DNA of 59,505 nucleotides from contig JBMSQQ010000007.1 in the NCBI GenBank assembly GCA_049423385.1, forward strand, positions 1 to 59,505, given 5' to 3'. Source of the stretch: Silvanigrellaceae bacterium. Its GTDB lineage: Bacteria > Bdellovibrionota_B > Oligoflexia > Silvanigrellales > Silvanigrellaceae. Position 1 is the first letter of the stretch. The number at the start of each line of letters is the position of its first letter. The notes under the pieces were generated by a model, which did no database searches, had not been told where the DNA came from, and saw only the letters and a program-made list of their open reading frames with translations. A program made the position numbers and the translations under genes. Below, one piece after another: positions 47,214-55,195 of the stretch.

Positions 47214-48761
47214 ATGATGAAAAATCTATTTACTTTTCTGCTGGGAGCTGGGCTTCTCCTCGGATGCTCGACAAAGAGCGGCAGCTCGGCTGCGACACTT
47301 TGTACCCAGGCCAGTACTTCCAAGCAATCGAACCTCACATCCAGTGACCCGTCACTGGGTCTTACAACTTCCGCTTCCCAGTTTGAAAGCGCGAGTGTTG
47401 GAATTGGATTTCTCGACATCACGACGATGGTATCAGGAACCCCGCGGACGATTCGTTGCACCGTGAATATTCATCCGGCCTTCGACGCCGAAAGCAAGTT
47501 CATTTTGTGGACAGCTGGACATTGTGCATTTGACCCGCGAAAGACCGAGTTTCAAACTGCCGTATACTCGGTCCGCCTCTACCAGGATGGCGGTTATTTT
47601 GAGGTTCCAGTTGAACTCGAATATCAACAGTCGGCAGGCAAGTTCATTCAAGACTTCGAGACCTTGCTGAAAATTGCTCCCGGCGTTCCCGCTTCGGTGC
47701 TCACCCAGTACACAGGCGGAAATTGGTACCCGGAAGATGCCGCCTCGGACTGTCAGCAGTCGACGAGCGAGTTCAAGTCAGAATTGGGATCAGCTGCAAA
47801 AGACATTTTGTGTTTCACGGAAGGCGAGATGCGTGGACTGACCGTCAAGGCCACAACAACTCCCGAAATACAGACGAGAGTGGAGCGTCTCCTGTCTGAA
47901 GTCGCTGCGCGCAACAGGGCGATCATCGACAGTTTGCCAGCACAGTGGAAAAATTTGTTTGACTTTTATTACAAGGCACATGTGGATAAAGTCCGGCTTG
48001 CAAACTGGATCCGCAGGCTTGGTTATTATCTGAATGCGGGCTTCTGCACCGCCCCCTTGGCCACGCGTCCCCAGCCGGACAGCATTCCGCGGGATTTCAA
48101 CAAATTTTGCGAGGCGCCCTACCGTGGAATGATCCTTGGCAACATCACAAACTCGAAGTTGCCGACTTACCTGAAAAATGAATTCACCACGGTTGCCAAC
48201 CAACCTGCAGCGTCTCCTGAAACGCTCAATGCGCTCTATGAAAAGTATGCAAAAAGCCAGGAAGTCGACATCTTCACATGGAACAAGCCCATCGAGGAAA
48301 CCCCGGAAGACGTCGTCGCCCAGATTGCAAAGAAAATCTTCGGGTATTGGTCGGAGTTTGGCTTTGAACAACTCGCAGGGCTCAATATCAAAAACTCATC
48401 GAGATTTGGTTTCAATGAAGAGACTCTCTTCACCTTCGCCAACAACAAAATGTCGAACCCCGGCGATCCACTCAGCATGAAGCCGCGAATAGCCAGCTTG
48501 TACAACCCGAATTATCAGACAGAGATCAAGACCAAAGTGCGCAAACTGCTGGTGAACTTCGACTCGACGGTTGAAAAACTCGAACTCATCAAGGGTGACA
48601 GCGGGAGCATGTTGTCATTGTTTGGTGGTTTTCCGTTCGGTTTGTTGTCGACCGTGAACGGTGAACCAACATCAGGTGGCGCGAGTATCACCCCGCTTCC
48701 CGAAGTGGGTGGAGAAGACGCCGCAAAAAGCGCAACTCCCATCAAAAACGGAGGCTGCTGA
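47214..48761 (+). CDS. Lipoprotein with trypsin-like (S1) catalytic motifs and large insertion
   Basis: Lipobox LLLGC; RC...WTAGHC (His codon 47520); KGDSGS (Ser codon 48600). Confidence 0.65.
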   Translation: MMKNLFTFLLGAGLLLGCSTKSGSSAATLCTQASTSKQSNLTSSDPSLGLTTSASQFESASVGIGFLDITTMVSGTPRTIRCTVNIHPAFDAESKFILWTAGHCAFDPRKTEFQTAVYSVRLYQDGGYFEVPVELEYQQSAGKFIQDFETLLKIAPGVPASVLTQYTGGNWYPEDAASDCQQSTSEFKSELGSAAKDILCFTEGEMRGLTVKATTTPEIQTRVERLLSEVAARNRAIIDSLPAQWKNLFDFYYKAHVDKVRLANWIRRLGYYLNAGFCTAPLATRPQPDSIPRDFNKFCEAPYRGMILGNITNSKLPTYLKNEFTTVANQPAASPETLNALYEKYAKSQEVDIFTWNKPIEETPEDVVAQIAKKIFGYWSEFGFEQLAGLNIKNSSRFGFNEETLFTFANNKMSNPGDPLSMKPRIASLYNPNYQTEIKTKVRKLLVNFDSTVEKLELIKGDSGSMLSLFGGFPFGLLSTVNGEPTSGGASITPLPEVGGEDAAKSATPIKNGGC

Positions 48762-48762
48762 G

Positions 48763-50709
48763 TCATTGCGCCGAACAAAACTCACCCAATTTCCGGTCGA
48801 ATGAATTTTCAATCAGATACGAAACGCTTCCCTCGGCCATGACTTTGCTTGAATTTGCGTCTTCGCGCACAAAGGCCTTACCCGAAAGATATGGAACAAG
48901 ACCATCGAAGCTGTTGATGCTCGCATTGAGTTCAAGAACATTGTCATTGAAGTTAATAAATTGGCGAGACACGCTTTCCGGCACACCTGCGGCCGACAAC
49001 TGTTTTGAATCGATTCGCATTTTCAGGACCAACTCATTGTTGGCTGAAATTTCGGCCTGCAGCGGAGCTGCCGAAGACAATGACTGGCCAGGATTCGTCC
49101 CGCTGCAGGCTCCCAACTTCGCTTCACCCAAACAACCCACTCCTACTGGAGCATTGTTCATCCAGACGATGACCGTGGAAGAAGAGGGCGAAGCCTTCTC
49201 GAACGACAGAGCAAAGTCTGTCAGCAGGACGGCGGCAACCCCGCGAGCCTCGGCAGCAGCAGCCTTCTTGACCTGCGCATTCAGGAAGTCACAACGGGCG
49301 TGGCCCGCAGCAACTCCCTCACAGGATGGTGCAACGGGGCAGGCATTGCCCTTGAGGTTTGCCAAATCGCGCTCGAGACCACTCAATTCCTGTCTCTGCA
49401 AATCCAGTTGCTCATCCACAACGACAACATTTGGAATATTCGCCAGCGGCGGCATCATGCTCTTGCATTGACCCTGAAGTGAAACTCCTCCGGCCAGTTT
49501 GGCATCATTGAAATACACATCGTTTGGAGAATTGAATTCACTTGTGCAGCCCGCAACTGACGCCTGAAACATCGCAATGCGCGAGACACTCGACTGCACT
49601 GCGGATGCCAATTCGGGTGTTGCAGCTGCAACTTCAGGAGCGACCCACAGAAACGGAGCGGGAATCGTGCCTGCTCCCCACTTGCTTTCAACAGAATCGA
49701 TCATGAATCCAGCGGTTGTGCTTGCCAGATCCTTGTCCCATTCGCCGGCACCGTAACTGATTTCAAAGCGTGTATTCTCACCGCAGCCAAAACCACCCGT
49801 GATATTTCCGTTGGCGAGAATTTTGAACTTGACCCCGGAAAGAAACTTGCTGCGCAGCAAGGACACCGTGCAATAGGGAACATCTTCCAGGGCAAGAGCC
49901 CTCTTGACATTCTCCAGATTGGCAAATTCAGACAAACTGACAGGCGTGCTGATCTTGGTGCCGCTCGCTGTGCTGGCCGACTTGATCTGCATGCGTTCCG
50001 CAAAGCGTGTTTTCAAAACGCCCTCTTCCCACAGACATTGATAGTAGGAACGTCCTTCCGGAGAAGATGCACAACTATCGCCAGTGAAAAAACGTCCCTG
50101 GTAATATGTTTCACAGATTGCCGAAGGAGTCGGACGACTGCGAAACTTGACGCCGGGCAGGAACGAACGTGTCGCGAGATCAACGATCTTTGCTTCGCAG
50201 TAGGCCTGAAAAATCCCTTCAGAGCGGGCAGCGTCGAATGCAGGAAAGCGTTGCTTGACGGAATCCATCTCCTGAGCAAACCAGACTGCTGCTTTTTGTG
50301 CCTGGATTGTCGCCGAGCGGTCATCGGACTCTGCCTTGGCGCGAGAAAAAAGGACTTGCCGTTCCTGAATCGTTCTTTTCAGCGGCTGAATTTCCTTTTC
50401 CTGAAAACTCGTGAAATAGCGGTTCAGGGCTACATATTTTTCGTTGGTTTCACGGGTCGCTTTCAGCAGCGATTCAATCTGCTGGGGTTTGACTTCGGGC
50501 GACCAAATCAGAAGGCCACCGCGATACAAGCCCGAGGGTGTTTCACCCGAAAGGCCAAATCCGGTGCCCGAAGGTTGCGATGGCAACAGCAAAGTTTTTG
50601 GTGTTGGTTTTTTTGCACTGACTGCCGAACAGGAAGCAACGAAAATTGCCATCAACATCAATGCAGGAACAGATGCGCTGAATTTCAAATTTTTAACCAT
50701 GGATTGCAT
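48763..50709 (-). CDS. Large Cys-rich coiled-coil hypothetical lipoprotein
   Basis: Lipobox VASC; two heptad-rich segments flanking a Cys-rich core. Start ATG 50709 (GAGG); 50724 and 50700 are alternatives. Confidence 0.7.
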   Translation of the reverse strand: MQSMVKNLKFSASVPALMLMAIFVASCSAVSAKKPTPKTLLLPSQPSGTGFGLSGETPSGLYRGGLLIWSPEVKPQQIESLLKATRETNEKYVALNRYFTSFQEKEIQPLKRTIQERQVLFSRAKAESDDRSATIQAQKAAVWFAQEMDSVKQRFPAFDAARSEGIFQAYCEAKIVDLATRSFLPGVKFRSRPTPSAICETYYQGRFFTGDSCASSPEGRSYYQCLWEEGVLKTRFAERMQIKSASTASGTKISTPVSLSEFANLENVKRALALEDVPYCTVSLLRSKFLSGVKFKILANGNITGGFGCGENTRFEISYGAGEWDKDLASTTAGFMIDSVESKWGAGTIPAPFLWVAPEVAAATPELASAVQSSVSRIAMFQASVAGCTSEFNSPNDVYFNDAKLAGGVSLQGQCKSMMPPLANIPNVVVVDEQLDLQRQELSGLERDLANLKGNACPVAPSCEGVAAGHARCDFLNAQVKKAAAAEARGVAAVLLTDFALSFEKASPSSSTVIVWMNNAPVGVGCLGEAKLGACSGTNPGQSLSSAAPLQAEISANNELVLKMRIDSKQLSAAGVPESVSRQFINFNDNVLELNASINSFDGLVPYLSGKAFVREDANSSKVMAEGSVSYLIENSFDRKLGEFCSAQ

Positions 50710-50736
50710 CGCGGACTGCCTCACGCTGGATGAATT

Positions 50737-51972
50737 TCAGAAGAAAATGCCAGTATCAATTTGGACCTGATGGCTGACAGGCAAATTGCGGCTCGAAAGT
50801 TGCCGCTTGTATGCAAGCTTGACCTCAAACGGAACCGGAATTGAACCACGCTTGAAGGCTGGAACTCCGGAATAGACCAGCTCGGCTTCAGCCTGATGCT
50901 GAGTTTCAATGGTGTCGCGCTCAAGAACCTCGCGAGTCTCTGCCGGCGTTTCGTAGCGATCAGACCCCTTGTAGCTGTAGTTGTATCCCAACGTTCCACC
51001 CCAACCTGTGGAGGTGGACAACAGTGCAGCAGCACCTGTCTCGATGCGGTTACCCAAATCAAATACAACCCGGTCTTTTGCGACTTCGATGGTTTCCGCG
51101 GCTGTGACCAACCTCAATGTTCTTCGCCCAGGCAATTGATCGGTGTATCGGACAAATTGGCTGACAGACAGACCATCCAAGACCTGTCCCAGCGATTCTT
51201 CAACTGCCGCACCCACGGCAACATCCCATTGTCCGTCTCCAAAGCCCTTGTCGAGCAGATTGTCGGGGTCATCGATACGGCCACTTGGAGCGGTCACAAT
51301 CGCCTGAGTAGCTACTGCAACTCCGTCTGCATCAAAGCTTCGGTTCTTGAGCACCAATTGGGTGTCGCCAAGTCCCTTTCCGCTCCAATTCTGGAGAGGC
51401 TTGTAGCCATTATCAATCAGCTTTGTATTGAGCCGACCAACAGCATCATTCAACTTGGCTGCGGCTTCACGCGCCGAGGCCGTTTGATTGTTGTAACTTG
51501 AGGCCAGCGTGTTGATGAACTTTTGACCCATTTCGTTGGCTTGGAACGAAACTTCGGCCGCCGTCTGCATGCTGTAGTAGGGCACCGCAACAGCCATCGT
51601 TGTTGAAGACGTGAGTCCCAGCGTGAATATCGGTGCTGTGACCTGAACCCTGGTTTTCACATCGGCGGCAAACTGCCCAAGCGCATCTCCATTCTTGAAA
51701 CCTTCTGCCAACAGGAACCCGGACGTCAGGGCATTCTTCACCGGATCCTTTTCACCCTTGAGAACGTCATTGAACGTAAGCGCCTTGTTCAGTGGTTTGC
51801 TCAGTGGAAATGCGTTGAATCCTCCATCCGTCTTTTCAGCGATATCCGTGCCCACCATGCGCACAGTGACACGACGGATTTTGGGCGGCATGACTTTTGC
51901 ATCTTCAGCGGCAAAAGCCTGATTCGAGAACAGCAAACAGGAAACAGCAAACAAAGAGACCTTAGGCAACAT
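50737..51972 (-). CDS. Outer-membrane beta-barrel, Phenol_MetA_deg/SphA-like transporter
   Basis: Signal peptide (QAFA/A); AVAVPY...GLGDTQL...TAPSG...GFGDGQWD pattern; terminal Phe. Confidence 0.6.
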   Translation of the reverse strand: MLPKVSLFAVSCLLFSNQAFAAEDAKVMPPKIRRVTVRMVGTDIAEKTDGGFNAFPLSKPLNKALTFNDVLKGEKDPVKNALTSGFLLAEGFKNGDALGQFAADVKTRVQVTAPIFTLGLTSSTTMAVAVPYYSMQTAAEVSFQANEMGQKFINTLASSYNNQTASAREAAAKLNDAVGRLNTKLIDNGYKPLQNWSGKGLGDTQLVLKNRSFDADGVAVATQAIVTAPSGRIDDPDNLLDKGFGDGQWDVAVGAAVEESLGQVLDGLSVSQFVRYTDQLPGRRTLRLVTAAETIEVAKDRVVFDLGNRIETGAAALLSTSTGWGGTLGYNYSYKGSDRYETPAETREVLERDTIETQHQAEAELVYSGVPAFKRGSIPVPFEVKLAYKRQLSSRNLPVSHQVQIDTGIFF

Positions 51973-52011
51973 GACTCACCCGCAACATGGATTGATTCTT
52001 GGAATGCGAAG

Positions 52012-52045
52012 GGAAACGAAAGGGGCTGATTCTTGAATCAGCCCC
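52012..52045 (-). terminator. Stem-loop, probable intrinsic terminator or stabilising hairpin after the TatT-like gene
   Basis: GGGGCTGATTC-AA-GAATCAGCCCC followed by TTTCGTTT on the minus strand. Confidence 0.7.
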
Positions 52046-52057
52046 GCTTCCGGAAGA

Positions 52058-52870
52058 TTAGAGCGACTGAAGCGAAGCCAAGGCTGCTTCGAGGTCACGC
52101 TTGTGGAGGCGCGTTTCAGGCTCGCGACCAACAGGGAGATCGCCACCATCAACACGTTCAATCGCTTCATTCAACAGGGCAATGGCCTCTGCCTTGCGGC
52201 CCTTCTTGGCCAAAGCCAAAGCACGATGCTCATAGACGTTGAAGAAATAATCTCCGGTTGCGGTTGATGGATCCTGACTGCCTGGAAATGCCTGCGAAGA
52301 CAATGCGCGTGTATTGAATTCAAACGACTTGTCGACACCGCCGCCAAAGATCTCGGGAATCTTGAGGTAGACCGCCGAAGCCAAGCGGTTCAGGCCGCCT
52401 CCTTCGTAACGAGCATCCGTCGTAAGACCATCGTTGATCAGGCGGAGCAGCTCTGGGATACGTCCCAGGGAAGCCGAAACTCCGTTGGCATTTCCCCACA
52501 ACGCGAGGCAGCTAGCTTTCCAGTAGTAGTATTGGGGAGTCGGCCCAACCTTTGCAGGTGAAATATTCGACTCAACCGTGTCGAGGCAGCGATTGTAGAT
52601 GCCCTTGCGAACGTCCTTGTTGCCTTGGTCACCGAGGATGAGGCCTTCATAATAATCGAGACGCGCCAATTGCTCGACCGCGTAGATTTTTTCAGCTCCG
52701 TTGAGGTTGGTGAGACCCGTTGCGTAGGCTGAACGGGCCTCGGCAATTTTCGCTGCGCCTTGCTCGCGTTGCGCGAACAACGCATCAGCGGCACCAAAAT
52801 CAAAACCCAGAGCAGAAACAGAAACAGATGCCACGGCGATCATCGCCATGCGCGACAGTCCGAAAAACAT
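52058..52870 (-). CDS. Secreted TPR-like protein, TRAP TatT-component-like
   Basis: Signal peptide; YYYWKASCLALWG, YEGGG.NR....YLKIPEIFGGGVDKS pattern; GGAGG RBS before ATG 52870. Confidence 0.6.
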   Translation of the reverse strand: MFFGLSRMAMIAVASVSVSALGFDFGAADALFAQREQGAAKIAEARSAYATGLTNLNGAEKIYAVEQLARLDYYEGLILGDQGNKDVRKGIYNRCLDTVESNISPAKVGPTPQYYYWKASCLALWGNANGVSASLGRIPELLRLINDGLTTDARYEGGGLNRLASAVYLKIPEIFGGGVDKSFEFNTRALSSQAFPGSQDPSTATGDYFFNVYEHRALALAKKGRKAEAIALLNEAIERVDGGDLPVGREPETRLHKRDLEAALASLQSL

Positions 52871-52909
52871 ATGAGGCCTCCGTGATTGATTCACTGGAGG
52901 CCTCTTATG
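52868..52909 (-). promoter_or_regulatory. Inverted repeat that pairs with the RBS and start codon of the TatT-like gene
   Basis: Minus strand reads CATA-A-GAGGCCTCC-A-GTGA-ATCAA-TCAC-GGAGGCCTC-A-TATG. Confidence 0.6.
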
Positions 52910-52945
52910 CCACACTTCCGCACGATTTGACAACCGGACCGGGAA

Positions 52946-55027
52946 CTAGTCGAGATTGCAGACCGTGTAATCGAGCGATGCGCCGTTCAACGACCAAGGA
53001 TACTTTTGAATATCCGTGGTGCTCAGCGAACATTGATGAATTTTGTCGATCAAATTGAAATCAAGTTTGCCCTTGGATGGTTTTTGGTTTTTATCGATGA
53101 GCCAAAGGAAGTCGGGTGCCGTGCCACTGCGTCCCGCTGCCAATGAGGATTCGCGCGCGTTTTCGCTGGTTGGAATCAGTCCCCATTCGCCGCCAATCAG
53201 GTTCTGATTTTGATCCAATTCGAGAGTGTAAAACACGGTGTCCACATCGACAGCTTCATCGGCAGGTCGATACGAAAGCATTGGTCCATTTTCAACACCA
53301 TAGTGAAGTTTGACCTTCATCTGAACCAGGAAAGCGGTTCCCTTGGCACGATAGTCCTTGAAAAGATCGTCCACTTCGGCAAGCGGAACAGGCTCTCCAC
53401 CGGGGACGAGTGTTCCGTCCTTGTCATTTTTCTTGATTGGCACCGGTGTCATGGCCCATTTGTGCACGGGCTGATTCCAGACCTGGGCTGTTCTGGTTCT
53501 GTCCATGACAAAACCAACTTTCTGGTCATTGATGAGGCCCTTGAGAGCCATGTGAAGAGTCATGGGATTGGTGTCGCGGCAAGCTGTCGAAATATTCAGA
53601 ATGCCTCTTTGGCTGCCCGTGTAGTCACGCGCCCTGATGTTCGGCAGGTACTTCGAGAATGTTGCCATGTCGGGATACACTGCAACCTGAACCGAGTCTT
53701 CACCAGAACCACCCGTCCACACTGCAACGCGTGGATTGTCGTCATTCACCTTGCTCGAAAGAACGGTCAAACCCCGTTGACTCTGACCGACTGCAATGTG
53801 AACAATCTCGCCCTTGTCGGACTGGGTACATTGGGAATTGCTGTCGCCAATGCACAGTTTTCCATCTGCCACACGTCCAAGTCTGTCTTTAATCAACTTG
53901 TCGGAATTGCATCGCTGACTCGCAAACTTCGCTTGCGGAGCCTGATCAGAATAAACCTTTGTCAGCAGACCGCGTACGTCACCCTCGGTGAAAAAAATCT
54001 CCTTGCCGGCGCGACGTGCCAACACTCCATGTTTGGGTGTCGCTTCGTTCAATGCCGCCGGGGCCCAACCGTGACAGTGACCCATCCATTCCCAGTCCTC
54101 TTCAAAGGAGCTGCTGTAGGTCAGAAAATTTTCCCAGCCAGTGGAAAGCATATTCAGATTGCTTGCCATCTTCTGCGCAACAACGACGGTTTTCTTCTGG
54201 TATTCCTTGAGAGCCTTGTCGTATGCAGATTTGACTTCCTTGCTTCTGTTGACAAATTCACGGGTGTCAAACTCAAGCTTTTCAAGTTTGGCCTGTGAAG
54301 TCTTGATTTGGCTCAGCGAAAGCTGGACCGAGTTCTGCAAAGCAGCCACCCTCTGCGCCGCTTCTTCCGCGCCAAGCCTGTCGCGGGTTCTGGGATCCTT
54401 GACCAGAGACTTGATATTGATGATCGCCGAGTTGTCGTCCCGCACTTTTGAAATGAGTGTGTTGATTTCACGCATCAACATTTCCGCCTGCGCAGAAAAT
54501 TTCTGCTGTTGACTGAGCATGCTGTCGAGGTTTGCGCGTGCTGCCTTGAGATCGGGTGAATTTTGAAACAGGTCCTCGTTCTCTTTGAGAGCTTTCATCA
54601 CTTCGGCGTTTGGCACGTTTTTACCCAACTTCAACAGATCATATTTCTCGGCAGGCGACAACAAGTTGAGTTGGTTAGGATCATTCTTCTCCCAGGCCGA
54701 CATCATTTGGGAAACTTGTTGGAATGGTGTCTCGGGAAGCTTCGTCAGGCCTGCTGCCCCGTTCTCCGGAACGGCCCAACGAATCGCCATGCCTCGCTGA
54801 AAAAGTGGCCAGTAGGTGTCTGTCCACGGAACTGTCCGTTCTCCACCCTTGATGTCCTTCAGGGATGCCCAGGACATGGTTGGCGGAAGGCCGAGCAATT
54901 CCGGCTTGTCACCCGTTCCAGGTGCCTCAAATACTCCAGAGTTGTAGGACCTTTTTTTACAAGCCACCTGTGATACGGAGGCAAGCAGTCCAAGCGTCAA
55001 TGCAAAAGAAAAACACCTGTTGGTCAT
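52946..55027 (-). CDS. Transglutaminase-elicitor family (Phytophthora GP42-like) lipoprotein
   Basis: Ordered motifs PWTDTYWP, LSPAEKYD, WMGHCHGWAPAA, DTNP..LH, FVMD....QVWNQPV, YTLELD....IGGEW, PDFLW; lipobox QVAC; GAGGT RBS. Confidence 0.85.
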   Translation of the reverse strand: MTNRCFSFALTLGLLASVSQVACKKRSYNSGVFEAPGTGDKPELLGLPPTMSWASLKDIKGGERTVPWTDTYWPLFQRGMAIRWAVPENGAAGLTKLPETPFQQVSQMMSAWEKNDPNQLNLLSPAEKYDLLKLGKNVPNAEVMKALKENEDLFQNSPDLKAARANLDSMLSQQQKFSAQAEMLMREINTLISKVRDDNSAIINIKSLVKDPRTRDRLGAEEAAQRVAALQNSVQLSLSQIKTSQAKLEKLEFDTREFVNRSKEVKSAYDKALKEYQKKTVVVAQKMASNLNMLSTGWENFLTYSSSFEEDWEWMGHCHGWAPAALNEATPKHGVLARRAGKEIFFTEGDVRGLLTKVYSDQAPQAKFASQRCNSDKLIKDRLGRVADGKLCIGDSNSQCTQSDKGEIVHIAVGQSQRGLTVLSSKVNDDNPRVAVWTGGSGEDSVQVAVYPDMATFSKYLPNIRARDYTGSQRGILNISTACRDTNPMTLHMALKGLINDQKVGFVMDRTRTAQVWNQPVHKWAMTPVPIKKNDKDGTLVPGGEPVPLAEVDDLFKDYRAKGTAFLVQMKVKLHYGVENGPMLSYRPADEAVDVDTVFYTLELDQNQNLIGGEWGLIPTSENARESSLAAGRSGTAPDFLWLIDKNQKPSKGKLDFNLIDKIHQCSLSTTDIQKYPWSLNGASLDYTVCNLD

Positions 55028-55145
55028 GAGTTACCTCGGGCAAGAATTCATTGCGCACAAATCACAGAACAGTCTAACGGAGCGTGACACTTCGGTTCCA
55101 TTCGTGAAAGCGGCAATTCGGACGTCAAAAAACAGACGGCGCTTT

Positions 55146-55173
55146 TTAACCGATTGGAAAATTTTGCCGAACA
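55146..55173 (+). promoter_or_regulatory. Sigma28/FliA-like promoter candidate
   Basis: TTAAC-N15-GCCGAACA followed by GGAGG at 55182-55186. Confidence 0.35.
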
Positions 55174-55195
55174 CACTCGTTGGAGGAATGCCGAT

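Noticed and set aside
53210..54298. 362-aa plus-strand ORF
   Set aside because: Antisense shadow of the transglutaminase gene with no recognisable motifs. The same applies to shadows at 4848-5633, 12771-13472, 18310-19071 and 25432-26151.
55028..55150. Riboswitch (for example c-di-GMP) or ECF promoter upstream of the transglutaminase gene
   Set aside because: I could not build a GEMM-type structure, and the GGAACC...CGTT spacing is only 14 nt.
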